Origin: Octopus sinensis
Taxonomy: Eukaryota
Length of the DNA: 38,706 nucleotides
Direction: 5' to 3'
Assembly (NCBI RefSeq): GCF_006345805.1
Contig: NW_021836766.1
Span: 1 to 38,706, forward strand
Positions 1 through 11,329 of the stretch are shown one piece after another. The notes beneath the pieces were generated by a model. That model did no database searches. It was not told the DNA's origin and was given only the letters and a program-made list of their open reading frames with translations. Both the position numbers and the translations under genes were made by a program. The stretch's first letter is position 1; every line of letters begins with the position of its first letter.

Positions 1-1172
1 TCCCGTAAAATGATGTAGTTGTGGAAAGGAAAAATTAGAGATACATGGTCAGAAAATGTTTCTGATTTTTCTTTTCCACAAATTACATGACACAGGTAAG
101 GTTGGAAGAAAGATAAAAGAAAAACGGTTTATTAAAATGTTGAACTCTGTTCTGAACGGAAACAACAGCAATAATATAACAACCAGTTTTAATGATGTGG
201 ATTAAAAAATATCTCTAGCATATGAATTACGGAATATCGGTACGACTGGTAAACCGTGATGTTGAAGCTGCATTCGAAACAATATGTGTGTGGTGTGTGT
301 GGTGTGTGTGTGTTGTGTGTGGTGTGTGTGTGTGTGTGTTGTGTGTGGTGTGTGGTGTGTATGTGTGCGCGCGTGTGTGTGTGTGAGTGTAATTTTCGTT
401 CTGTTTTCACTGCTTTTTGATTTTGCACTCTTCCTTCGTGCACGCGCTCGCCACGCAAACGTAATGCGGTATTCTTACAAAAGAGTGCTATGCCGAATTT
501 GTTCCCTTGTGACTTTCAGGAAAAATGTTTTTTTTTTCGTAATGAAATTCTCTGCAAATCTTTTTCAAATGCTGTAGACTCCGATTATGTCGGAATTACG
601 CGTGGAAAAAAAAAAGAAAAGGAAAATGCTGGCTGCGCACCCATATATGCTGACATACATCACATATTTATCTACAAAATGAAACTTGAAATTTTGAAAA
701 ATTTCGTGGTATATGTCAGTATGCGTGTGCACACCTACCATTTTTTTTCACATTAACTTCGGAATCTATACCATCCGAATGCTGTTTCTAAAAAAAAAAA
801 AATTTTTTAAATTAAAAAATCATTAAAAAATGCCCATTTCCTGAAAGTTATGAGGAAACAAAGTCGATTCGTGTGAGTTATCTGAAACACCTCTCCATCT
901 CACCCCAAAATATTTCTAACCATAATTTCCTATATAATCAGAGGTATTCATTAAAAATACCTATTTTTCTCAAAGTTATGAAGAAACAATGTCGACTCGT
1001 GTGAACTATCCGAAATTCCTTTCTCCCCCTCTGAAAAAGTTTTCTCATCAAATTCCAATTTAATCGGAATCTAACCATCTGAAAGGTATTTGTAGAAAAT
1101 TTCATTTGAAAATATCCATTTTTCTAGAACTTGTTAGGATATAAATCGAGGTGCACACTTGTCTAGGTATGC
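1..1172. mobile_element. Right part of an unclassified non-autonomous TIR element with ~130-190 bp internal sub-repeats; a (GT)n tract lies at ~284-390
   Basis: Ends in CACACTTGTCTAGGTATGC (1154-1172), the same terminus as the element at 10543-11221. Shares the recurring motif AAGTTATGAGGAAACAAAGTCGA(T/C)TCGTGTG with that element. Confidence 0.6.
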
Positions 1173-1180
1173 GTGTAATG

Positions 1181-1218
<38 letters not shown>

Positions 1219-1274
1219 GTGTGTGTGTGTAATAATAATAGTAATAATAAAAATAATAATAACAATGATAATGG

Positions 1275-1562
1275 ACTCTTCCGTCGTTAGATGACGTATG
1301 AAGGTTCGACAATTTCTTACCGAACAGCCCCACAGATGATTTGTTTATAGTGATCAAATGTTTGTGTAGACATAAGCTCACTCCTTCCATCAGATCGACA
1401 TTACCTGTACAGGTGCAACGGATGTTACTTGTCAGATGTCAAAGATGTCGAAACGATCACAGAGCAACGTGAAATGATGAACACAATGTAACGCCTGGCC
1501 TCGAATCGAACCCATGATCTAGCAATCGTGTGTGCAACACCTTAACCAGAAAGCCATGCACC

Positions 1563-1566
<4 letters not shown>
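1275..1566 (-). mobile_element. tRNA-derived SINE (related to the copy at 36670-36960)
   Basis: The minus strand starts with A-box/B-box-like TGGCTTTCTGGTTAAGG...GGTTCGATTCGAGGCC. It shares GATTTGTTTATAGTGATCAAATGT with 36746-36768. Confidence 0.65.
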
Positions 1567-1603
<37 letters not shown>

Positions 1604-1671
1604 ATACATACATCCGTTAGCTCCTACACACATTTTTTCTCTCGTTTCTCTCCTTGTTTTTTATCTGTGTA

Positions 1672-1709
1672 TCTTTCTGTCGAAGAGCGTAGGCTCGAAA
1701 CGTAAAAGA
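1672..1709 (+). ncRNA. Minimal type I hammerhead ribozyme motif, family B (core mutated to CUGUCGA), within a Penelope-like terminal repeat at ~1620-1805
   Basis: TCTTT-CTGTCGA-A-GAGC(GTAG)GCTC-GAA-ACGT-A-AAAGA gives stem I TCTTT/AAAGA, stem II GAGC/GCTC, a palindromic ACGT stem III and a GUA site. Confidence 0.55.
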
Positions 1710-1806
1710 CTTGTTCTATTTCTATTCCTGAGCGCCATACTAATACATTTGTTTGTTTGTACTCCACCTGCCTTCGTCTTTTGCTTATTTTCGTAAACCT
1801 TCCCGT

Positions 1807-1864
<58 letters not shown>

Positions 1865-1889
1865 GTGTGTGTGTGTGTGTGTGTGTGTA

Positions 1890-2467
1890 AGGGGAGTGCA
1901 AAATTAGCAACGGGGCAAAATGAGTAACTTCTGGTTGCTCGTTATTATCTCTCAGTTTGAAATCATTTCATTGCAAGTAAATATTGCATCGTTATTCTGT
2001 ATGTTCTGTTGCATAATCTTTAGGAGTAAAAGATGGTCAGCTTAGTTGTTGTCGTTTAATTTGTGAGTCCGAAACAGTCCAGTGCGGTTCCTTTTCTTTC
2101 AAGAAATTTTTCCTCAAAAAAATTTCCTCAGATTCCTCGATTGTAATTGAGGTTGCTAATAAAACATTTAGATAATTTTTGGTGTTTAACGATCAATATT
2201 CTTTTCTCTTTTGGATTCCAAGTCAACTTTTTCCCCACACTAATGTTTAGTTTGAGAATTTTCAAGTTTCAAAATCCGATGCCTAAATTGGGGTAAAATG
2301 AGTAATGTCCAATTTCAATAATTTCTTTTCTTTAACTGCATGGTGAGTAAATATATCACGAAGAGGATACTCCAGCAGATCGTGAAGAAGCCACAGATAA
2401 TATTAATAAAATATTTTTTTTATCTAGTTGAGTTTCGTTGATTTCATATCATGTGCCATTTTCCCCT
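1890..2467. mobile_element. Possible pogo/Tc1-like non-autonomous element (degenerate)
   Basis: Starts TA|AGGGGAG and ends TTTTCCCCT. The motif GGGG(C/T)AAAATGAGTAA recurs at ~1914 and ~2290. Confidence 0.3.
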
Positions 2468-2580
2468 GATACGCTTCATTTCACCTAGTTATTAAAAATT
2501 TTTGTTTGCATTTCTGATCTGTCTGGTGTCTAGGGATTGATAGTGATATGTTGTTGTTTGTTCCTTCTCGAGCCACGCCT

Positions 2581-3900
2581 GTTTCATTTTACTTATATTA
2601 GCCATGTGTGATAGGTCAATATGTAGTTATAAACGAGACATTTACAAAAATATCCCAAGGCCTCTTCGGAGATTATGAAATACAAACCAAATTAAATATA
2701 CACCCATATAAGTGCGGGTACATACCCATAATATATCATATACACATACATATGAGTGCATATACTCATACTACTATACATATATATATACATATACATA
2801 ATAATATAAATAATATAAATCAATAAACATACATATGTTCCTTATTCAATGTTACAGTTTTTCAACTTAATATTATGATATTACAATGTAGAAAACATAC
2901 ACATATTAATACCCAAATGCAGATATACAGAGTCAAGAGTACATTATATTAATTTATATCAATTTACAAAATGTCATTAATGTTAACATCATTACTATTA
3001 TCATTACCACTAATGCTACCAATATCATTATTCTTATTATTAATAACATTAATACTAGCAAAACAATATATAGATCACATTATTAGCAACATAATAGCAA
3101 AACCAAGAACAACAATAGTACTACAGTACCATGCAAAGCATTAAATATCTGCATGAGAAATAAAAGCATTTGGTTTACATGATATTAAGTTCCACAGGTG
3201 TATAAATGTACATACGAGTGCAATTTATAATTTCAACTGTTGTAATATCATAATATTAAGTTGAAAAACTGTAACATTGAATATGGAACATATGTATGTT
3301 TATTGATTTATATTATTTATATTATTATGTATATGTATATATATATGTATAGGAGTATGAGTATATGCACTCATATGTATGTGTATATGATATATTATGG
3401 GTATGTACCTACACTTATATGGGTGTATATTTAATTTGGTTTGTATTTCATAATCTCCGAAGAGGCCTTGGGATATTTTTGTAAATGTCTCATTTATAAC
3501 TACATATTGACCTATCACACATGGTTAATATAAGTAAAATGAGACACCCATATCTGCATGGCTGAAACAGCTGTAAGAGGTAGTTTATATTTATATTTAT
3601 ATTTATATTTATTTATATTTATTTATATTCTCTTATACATATTGTACTTATTGTATCATATTACTCCTTCATGTACACTGTTTTGTTCTATATTATTATG
3701 TTTGACCTTAATGTTCATATGTATGTGATTGGGTATTATCTGGTAGTTGATTATTGATTAAGGCGTATTTCTCTATTTTCTTATTTTGTATTATTAATTT
3801 GTGGTAAAACATTTTACCTTTGCCCATATAATACAGTAAATGAATTAATTGCATCGCAATTCTTAACATTTATGTATAACTTTGTTGGGTACTTCACCAG
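2581..3900 (+). mobile_element. Penelope-like element remnant with an inverted 5' duplication and a hammerhead-bearing terminal repeat
   Basis: 2581-2886 is the reverse complement of 3240-3545 (306 bp, about 7 mismatches by eye). The sense copy continues into GAAACAGCTGTAAG and an AT-rich tail resembling 21840-22080. No ORF remains, so the family assignment is inferred from architecture. Confidence 0.55.
3453..3579 (+). ncRNA. Type I hammerhead-like motif, family C, with a ~92-nt insertion in stem II (core variant CCGAAGA)
   Basis: ATCT-CCGAAGA-GGCC-[92 nt containing TGGG...TGTCTCATTT/AAATGAGACA-CCCA hairpin]-GGCT-GAA-ACAGCTGT-A-AGAG. Confidence 0.5.
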
Positions 3901-3981
3901 CATTATATTGGATATATGTTATCCCATGGAGGGTTGCATTTACAACCCCTATCTCAATTTGTATATATATATTATATGTAT

Positions 3982-4034
<53 letters not shown>

Positions 4035-4085
4035 ACATACATACAATATGCATATATATATGCATATATATATGCATATTTATAT

Positions 4086-4120
<35 letters not shown>

Positions 4121-4323
4121 ATATATATATATTTGATATATGCATATAATATATATATATAGTTTGATTTGAAAAGCCCACTCGATTGGGAGAAAGCGCT
4201 AATCCGAATGATATGATCTGAATGATATGATATATATGTAAAAAATGTAATATATAAATAAATATCTATAAATAGAACCATCGATCTGATACCTCATTTT
4301 TTTAATATATATACCTATATATA

Positions 4324-4368
<45 letters not shown>

Positions 4369-4419
4369 TACTATATATACGACATACATACATACACATA
4401 TGTTATATATATATATTGA

Positions 4420-4720
4420 ATATATGGGTATAGGACGTCACCAACAGCAAACAACATGAAATACGAAAACAAATGAGTTTAATACGCAAACAACGAGAGA
4501 AAAAAGGGAAAAAGGGAAAGTAATACAAAGAACGGCCCTTCAATAGTTGTCGGCTGTCTACCTACTCCTAATTTCGATAATTGATCGACAATATGAGTCT
4601 TCGGAGACAGTGGCTCTATAAATACCAAAATAAAATTTGGGATTTATGGAGGGTCAAAGATGGGAACAAAAACAGTACAATGGAGACACACAAGGAAATG
4701 GAACGAAAACTAACATGCAT
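4420..4720 (-). mobile_element. Probable Penelope-like terminal-repeat fragment of another family
   Basis: Non-coding insert between (TA)n tracts. The minus strand contains CTGTCT-CCGAAGA...GAAA...AGACAG, a degenerate hammerhead-like layout. Confidence 0.35.
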
Positions 4721-4777
4721 ATATATATACATATATATATATATATAAATATATACATATATATATATAGATTTATA

Positions 4778-4862
4778 TATCCTGGGGTAGATTTCTTCGA
4801 CTAAAAGCGGTGCTCCAGCATGGCCGCAGTCACATGACCGAAACAAGTAATACAACAAATAA
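4778..4862 (+). mobile_element. 3' end of the abundant SINE family A
   Basis: CGACTAAAAGCGGTGCTCCAGCATGGCCGCAGTCACATGACCGAAACAAGTAA matches the 3' end of the full copy at 28693-29097. Confidence 0.75.
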
Positions 4863-4963
4863 CTATGCAATTTTAACTCCGAACAACTCAGGGTGACCAC
4901 GTGTGTATCGTTGGTTATTCTTTTTCCTCCGTTTTCCCTTCCTTGGATCTTTCCCTTTTCTAT

Positions 4964-4999
4964 GTTTCTGACGAAGAGCTCCGCTCGAAACGTTAAAAC
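4964..4999 (+). ncRNA. Minimal type I hammerhead ribozyme motif, family B (intact CUGACGA core), within a Penelope-like repeat at ~4880-5090
   Basis: GTTT-CTGACGA-A-GAGC(TCC)GCTC-GAA-ACGT-T-AAAAC. The downstream tail is shared with the 1672 and 37346 copies. Confidence 0.6.
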
Positions 5000-5080
5000 C
5001 TCCTCCTTTCTTTCCTTTCCTGAGCGTCCAGTAACACTATACCTGTTCCACGTCCTCACGTTGTGTTTTCATGTTTGGAT

Positions 5081-5147
<67 letters not shown>

Positions 5148-5150
<3 letters not shown>

Positions 5151-5386
5151 GGCGCAATGACCCAGTTAGGGCAGCGGAATCGCGGTCGTAGGATCGCGGT
5201 TTCGATTCCCAGATGCTACGACCGCGAGTGAGTGTTTATTGAGCGAAAACACCTAAAGTTCTACGAGGCTCCGGCAGGGGGTGGTGGTGATCCCTGCTGT
5301 ACTCTTTCGCCACAACGTTCTCTCACTCTTTCTTCTGTTGGCCTGCTCGCTTAGCCAGCGGGTCGGCGTCATTTGAAGGCTAAAAC
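5148..5386 (+). mobile_element. tRNA(Arg)-like SINE family B, 3'-truncated
   Basis: GGCGCAATGACCCAG...GCGGTTTCGATTCCCAG head. The body is colinear with the full copy at 25455-25759. Confidence 0.8.
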
Positions 5387-5439
5387 AGAGACTGTAGGTT
5401 TGTTTGCAACTGCACAACTTTGCAGTTCGGCAAAATAAA

Positions 5440-5558
5440 CAATAAAATAAATGCTAGGCTTTAAAAAATAAGGATTGGGCACTATTTTTTCAACTACAAC
5501 CCTTCAAGGTATTGCTCCAGCATGTCCGCAATCTCCAATGACTAAATGAGATAAACGA
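5440..5558 (+). mobile_element. Degenerate 3' end of SINE family A
   Basis: CCCTTCAAGGTATTGCTCCAGCATGTCCGCAATC...GATAAAAGATA tail. Confidence 0.55.
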
Positions 5559-5680
5559 TAAAAGATATAACACACACACACACACACACACAAAAGTACG
5601 TATATATACATGCATATACACATACACACACGCATATATATACATGCATATACACATACATACATACATACATACATACA

Positions 5681-5713
<33 letters not shown>

Positions 5714-5764
5714 GCATACATACATATATGCATACATACATAATATATACATACATATGTATTT

Positions 5765-6420
5765 GCAATCTATTTGCAATCCAGGCACAGGAGATTGCCA
5801 TAAAGTACCTGGTGAACAAGAGAAACAGTGACGCTCTTGTAATCCCAAGGTGCAACCACATGTGCAGGCCATGTCATGTTTCTGTGGAAGACATCACGCA
5901 TATGATTAACAGCTGCCCTAAAATGGCGTCGCTGTACCACTTCCCTATGCGGCACGATGTTGTCGCCAAAACTATTTACAATGCCATCCGTAAAAAAAGA
6001 CTGTCCTGAAACAAACTTAGAAATTCCTGTTATGGAATACATTCATAAACACCATCTTAAGGAATATTGTTGGAATATTCCCATGAAAGCTTCTGTCAAA
6101 TGTAAACCTAACAGGCCGGATGTTGTTGTTTGGGACAGAGGGGCAAAGGTATATACCATCATAGAGGTCAGCTGCCCTGCAGATATAAATATCTCTTTGA
6201 AAATCAAAGAAGAGAATATGTATGGACAACTGCTTCGAAACCTCCAGCTTCTATATCCAGACAATAAATTCATATAATCCAATAATAATTGGAGCTGTAG
6301 GATTTGTTAGTAAATGCTTAAAGGAGAATCCGGATAAACTGGGATTTTCAGAAAGATAAATGGACCGGCTAATTCGTACATTACAAGTGCAATCTGTGAG
6401 TGGAATAGAAAAAATATGAA
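5765..6420 (+). mobile_element. R4/Dong-clade non-LTR retrotransposon, 3' ORF fragment (CCHC finger and restriction-like endonuclease), degenerate
   Basis: Across frameshifts it reads LFAIQAQEIA...CRPCHVSVEDITHMINSCPKMA...RHDVVAKTIY...NRPDVVVWD...IIEVSCPAD...YGQLLRNLQLLYP...IIIGAVG, the CxxC-H-C / RHD / PD..D-K layout of RLE-type LINEs. Confidence 0.85.
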
Positions 6421-6648
6421 GAAGTAAAAACGAAGAAAAAAGAGTGTTAGAGAAAGGGAAGAATCGACTGATCTAAGTATAGAACGAGTACTGTTATATA
6501 TCGATTCCGAAATGATAGCGCTAAGTTATGTTTCGCTGAATATATATATATTCATATATTCTTTTACTTGTCTCAGTCATTTGACTGCGGCCGCCACACA
6601 CATGTACATATGTACCTATGTGTACGCACCCTCCATATATATATATAT

Positions 6649-6679
<31 letters not shown>

Positions 6680-6692
6680 ATATATATATATA

Positions 6693-6756
6693 TACCGGAG
6701 TAAACATAAAATGTGAAACAAGGTGAAAAAAAGAGTACTAAATACCAGTGGTAGAG

Positions 6757-6760
<4 letters not shown>
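6693..6760 (-). repeat. Short dispersed repeat, probably a Penelope-like 3' terminus; second copy at 16832-16901 (+)
   Basis: The reverse complement ATTACTCTACCACTGGTATTTAGTAC...CACCTTGTTTCACATTT...TTACTCCGGT closely matches 16832-16901. Confidence 0.7.
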
Positions 6761-6790
<30 letters not shown>

Positions 6791-7254
6791 TATGTATGTA
6801 TGTATGTATGTATATATGTATGTATGTATATATATAAATATGTATGTATGTATGTGTATATATATATATATTATATATGTATGTATGTATGTATGTATGT
6901 GTATATAATATATATATATATATACGCATGTGCACGCACACATACTCACATAAAACATACATAATCGTATGTCTTTAGGAAGAGTAAGCAAGGGGAACAA
7001 ACGTGTATGCGTGTGTGTATGTATGTGTGTGTATGTGTTTGTGTATGTGTGTATGTGTGTATATGTGTGTGTTTGTGTGTGTGCTTGTGTGTGTGTGTGT
7101 GTGTGTGCGTGTGTGTGTAGTATGTGCGTGTGTATGAATGTGTGCGTGTGTTTGCGTAATATCGGGGCGGGGTGTAAAATGAAGATCGTGGCAGGAAATT
7201 AGAAATAATGCTAAACGATGAAAGTTAAGTGGAAATATATATATATATATATAT

Positions 7255-7255
<1 letters not shown>

Positions 7256-7330
<75 letters not shown>

Positions 7331-7345
7331 AGAGAGAGAGAAAGA
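7256..7345. repeat. (GA)n microsatellite and purine-rich tract about 1.1 kb upstream of the Dact-like ATG
   Basis: Direct reading. Confidence 0.9.
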
Positions 7346-8399
7346 GGGAGAAGTGTAGATAAGTAGATATAGAGATATAGAAAGAATGAAAAAGAGAGAC
7401 GGAAATGTTGATAGATAGACACATAAATAGGAAGAGAGAGAGAGAGAAAAGGAGAGAGAAAAGGAGAGAGGAAGGGAGAAGCCGGTAATCCTGGTGAAGA
7501 CACCAAAGTAGGAAGAGGAGAGAAAGAGCGGAAAGCGGGAATGTGGAATGGGAGTAGCGGCATGAGGAATATAATATAAAGCAGAGAGGGAAAGATTGAG
7601 TGACTACGGATGTGTGTGTGTGTGTGGTGCATTTGTAATAAGTGGCCTGACACCAGTAGCAGTAGTGTAAGATTTTTTTTTTTTACCTGTGAATATGAAA
7701 GAGGTAAGAGGTTTCTGTGACGAGTGGGGGAGGACAGTGAAGAAGTTTACGACAAGTGACTTGCCCTGAGTAAGGTTTGGACTGGAAAGAAAAAGCTACG
7801 ACAATCAATTTTTTTTCGTTGAGAAAAACAATAACAAAAAAAACTATTAGTGATACAGATGTCCATGTATCTCTCTCAGGTGTTACAGATTTATCAGAAA
7901 CACTACAAACCTACCTGGGATACGCAGCCGAAGTCAATATTTGCAGTGAAAATGACTCGAGAGAAAGTTACGGCGATTTCTTGGATTATTATTGTTGTTG
8001 ATATTGCTGTTGCTGGTGTTGCTCTTTTCGATTTATTTTAATCTGTTGAGTGTAGTTAGGTGATTTCGTTGCTTCAGCCCACTCACGCACATAGAAACAC
8101 ACACGAGCACACATGCTGATATATATACACACACACACACACACAACACACACAGATAACTATAAACTCACACATACATGCATACATACATACATAGAAA
8201 TAAAGCTCGATCGGTGGTAACCTAGGGTCGTACAACATAGAAATACACACACACACACACAAACACACTTAGAAACACGCACTGACACAAATATAAACAC
8301 GTTCACACTCGCATATATACACAGACACATAAGTTTACACACACACACACACACACTCTCTCACTCACTCACACACGCACACATACACACAGAGGCAAT

Positions 8400-8690
8400 A
8401 TGAGCTGCACCATGTCGACATCGGCGCCAGGGACAAACTCGACTAGAAACGGATTGTGTAACCCGGTTCGTCCCCGGAGTCGATCGCTGAACGATCTGCC
8501 GGGAGGTTTGAAAGTTCCTCTATTGAAAAGACCTGAACGTTTAAAACCAAGGATCCAGGCTGTCCTGGCCGGCCTGGACGAACTCAGGTTACTGAAAGAT
8601 CAACACAAAAACTTGGTGGATGAGGCCAAATATGGAGACATTTCTAATACCATCAACAGTGACAGCATGCAAGACTTGTTTACGCAACAA
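8400..8690 (+). CDS. dact: First coding exon (97 codons) of a Dapper/DACT-like protein; rest of the gene not seen in the window
   Basis: ATG at 8400 opens a normal-composition frame. Residues 46-76 (ERLKPRIQAVLAGLDELRLLKDQHKNLVDEA) match the N-terminal motif of vertebrate DACTs as I recall it (DACT1 ...[29 protein letters not shown]). The frame ends at CAA|GTGAGT (8690/8691), a strong phase-0 donor, after which the sequence becomes (TTA)n and TE DNA. Confidence 0.75.
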
Positions 8691-8696
8691 GTGAGT
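8691..8696 (+). promoter_or_regulatory. 5' splice donor of the Dact-like exon 1
   Basis: CAA|GTGAGT matches the U2-type donor consensus and falls exactly where coding-like composition stops. Confidence 0.75.
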
Positions 8697-8724
8697 ATAA
8701 TTTATTATTATTATTATTATTATT

Positions 8725-8903
8725 TGAATCTTTCGAAGCGCCTCCCCCTATTGGGAGTTTTTCGTTGTTATATTATTTGATTGTTACACTGTTTTTACAC
8801 GATTTTTTCACAAACGGACAAACCCCCTTGTAACCTTTCGTCCTGTTTTGTCCCTTTATGTTTTCTAATCATGTGTGTCAGCCCTTGTGGCCAATAAAAA
8901 GAA
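8725..8903 (+). mobile_element. 3' UTR fragment of a Tx1/L1-like LINE
   Basis: The layout (TTGTTATA...TTTTACAC...CCCCTTGTAACC...CCCTTGTGGCCAATAAAAAGA) parallels the 3' end of the Tx1-like copy at ~10400-10542. Confidence 0.45.
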
Positions 8904-8904
8904 T

Positions 8905-9595
8905 TAATTATTATTATTATTATTTTTATATCACGCGCTTTCACTGCACTACTGAGCGCAGCTTTGTGTGCCTTGGGTATGTGCTATGGTTTGTTGTGAT
9001 GTTCTTATTATCATTGTATTGAAAGTGTTTTACGTAGGATGTGTGCGGTACTTTGTAGTGCTATTTTCTGTATATTATGTTTTTGTTATGTATTTGTCTG
9101 AATGCTTTTTTTTTTATCAAGCCTATTGTGCCTTCTATGATAGGAATTATTTTTGCGTTTTGGCTCCACATTCGAGTTAACACTATTTTCAGATCTTAGT
9201 ATCTTGAAAGCTACTCCGTTTCTTTTAGAGAAACTTTATCTTTTGGTATTGATACATCGATTAGAAAGCATTTTTTCTTGGTGATCTCTGATAACTATAT
9301 CTGGCTTATTGGCCTTAATTTCTCTATCTGTGTGTATTGGTATATCCCAGAGTATGGTTGCTTTCTCATTTTCTGTGACCTTTTCTGGCGTGTGCCTATA
9401 CCATCTTTTTTCTGTTGTTATTCCAAAGTGTTGGCATAGCTTCCAGTGTATATAGATCCCAACTCTGTCATGTTTGTGAATATATTCCCTGTCAGCCAGC
9501 GTGGGCAGCCCGAGACTGATTTATTGTTTCTTCTCCATCACCACATATTCTGCAGTTACATGTTTTTCTTTTTCATTACGTGTTTTTGGTGATTT
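8905..9595 (-). mobile_element. R4/Dong-clade LINE 3' fragment with a (TAA)n tail
   Basis: The minus strand reads CRICGDGEETIN..SGCP....YIHKHDRVGIYIHWKLCQHFG...ILWDIPIHTDREIKANKPDIVIRD...FLIDVSIP...IIPII, then a 3' UTR ending in ATAATAATAATAAT. Confidence 0.85.
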
Positions 9596-9619
9596 TTGGT
9601 GGGAAGGCTTTGAACTTGT

Positions 9620-9658
<39 letters not shown>

Positions 9659-9689
9659 GTCAGTCAGGTTTTGCGGTCGGTGGAAGTTC

Positions 9690-10542
9690 CATTTTGGCAT
9701 TCTGTAGAGGGTTATTGCCGAGTAAGTACGACGATGTTCTCGAGGAGACTCTGGGCGTCGACGAGAATCGACTGGCTGGTCTCTTCCGAAGGACTTCCGG
9801 GCTGGGGCCCATAGATTATCTACAAAAATCCCTGGTCTGGCAGTGCTATCGGGGAGTATTGCCGGTTCGGGGTAAGCTCTACAGGCATGGAAGTGCCGTC
9901 AGCCGAGCTTGCCCGAAATGCGCACAGAGCAACGAAACTGTTCTGCTTTCTCGCCCAGTGCCTGAGTATTGTTGATTGGTGGGTTTATGTCGAACACCTG
10001 CTATCACGTGTAGGACGGATTCATTATGAAGATCGTCCCGCTATCTTTCTTTGGCCAGAAAGGGTCGCTAGTATTTATTTGTTTCGGGATCTTAGCGAAA
10101 GAAGTTGTGTGGTGGACCAGAGTGAAACGGTTGAAGACAGGTTCTTTACTCTTTGACCAAGTTCCCATCAACTCTCTCAAGTTTCACTGGGAAAGAAGGT
10201 GGGGGTAAAGAGGGCAGTGTTGCCTCCTAACAATTTTATCAAAAGGTGGTTGAAAGTGGCAAGAATAGTCCGAGTGAACGGGTTTATTCTAAGCATGCGC
10301 CCGTAGATCGAAGGAATACGATGTAGAGAGAGCTTTAGTCCTAGTTGTCAGAGCGACCGTGGCTTTGTAGGATCTCCACGAGCATCCCTTGGAAGACTTG
10401 CTCTTTAGGGGAATTATTCATTGTTATAATTTTATATTGTTACCTTTTTTTTACTTTTTACACACCTTTTATGTAACCCCACAGTCTATTGACCTGTGCT
10501 GTCCCCAATGTTTTTTTGTGAACCCTTAATGGTAAATAAAGA
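9690..10542 (+). mobile_element. Tx1/L1-clade LINE 3' fragment (C-terminal zinc-binding region of ORF2 plus 3' UTR)
   Basis: KSLVWQCYRGVLPVRGKLYRHG...CPKCAQSNETVL..[fs]..QC..I..WW...AKEVVWWTR fits the zf-RVT region. The 3' UTR ends GGTAAATAAAGA. Confidence 0.75.
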
Positions 10543-11221
10543 CATACCTAGACAAGTGTTCCCCCCTTCTCTCTCCGATTTTATTTTCTCATAACTTCCA
10601 GAAAAATGGATATTTTTAAATGATATTTTTAAAAACTTTTTCCGAGGGTGAAGTGAGGAGTTTCAGAAAATTACATGAGTTGACTTTGTTTCCTCATAAC
10701 TTTCATAAAAATGAGTAATTCTTTTAATGAAATTATCTTCAAATACCTTTCAGAGTGTGTAGATTACGATTGTATCGGAATTTAACATGAAAAAACAAAA
10801 AAACTGGTGCGCTCATATGCATACATACTGACACATTACAAATATTTAGAAAATGAAAGTTGAAATTTCGAAAAAAATATTGTGATGTGTGTCAATATGT
10901 TTGTACGAGCCCACCAATTTTCTTTTCCACATAAAATGATGATATAATTGCAATCTATACACTCTGAAAGGAAGTTGTAGAAAATTTCGTTAAAAAACAC
11001 CCATATTTCTAAAGGACAGGAGGAAAGAAAGCCGACTCGTGTGAATTTTACGAAACTTCTTACCCAACCCTCACAAAAAAATTTTTTACCACAAATTCTG
11101 ATATAACCAGAATCTACATCATTTGAGGCGTAGTTTTAGAAAATTTCATTAAAAAATACCCATTTTTTCTGGAAGTTATGAGGAAACAAATTCGATTGGG
11201 AGCACACTTGTTTAGGTATGC
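10543..11221. mobile_element. Non-autonomous TIR element (MITE-like, ~680 bp)
   Basis: Left CATACCTAGACAAGTGT (10543-10559) pairs with right ACACTTGTTTAGGTATG (11204-11220), 16/17 match. Internal sub-repeats occur in both orientations. No TSD is apparent. Confidence 0.7.
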
Positions 11222-11329
11222 CGGTAAGGCTGCAGTTGAGAAGTACTCCGTTTCAGTAAATTTACCTTTACTGAAAAGTGTCTGAGGACTTTGAACATGG
11301 TCTGGGTGTTTGGATACGTGTCCGACTCT

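Noticed and set aside
4553-4612. Hammerhead-like layout on the minus strand (CTGTCT-CCGAAGA...GAAA...AGACAG)
   Set aside because: The stem I register leaves no valid NUH triplet, and stems II and III pair poorly. Kept only as a degenerate Penelope-like relic.
5148-5215. tRNA genes at SINE heads (also 17758, 25690-25759, 29030-29097)
   Set aside because: They lack a complete cloverleaf and run directly into SINE bodies.
9580-9975. ORF with a poly-His run followed by a Cys-containing domain
   Set aside because: The His run is a (CAT)n microsatellite fused by chance to a Tx1-like LINE fragment; it is not a host gene.
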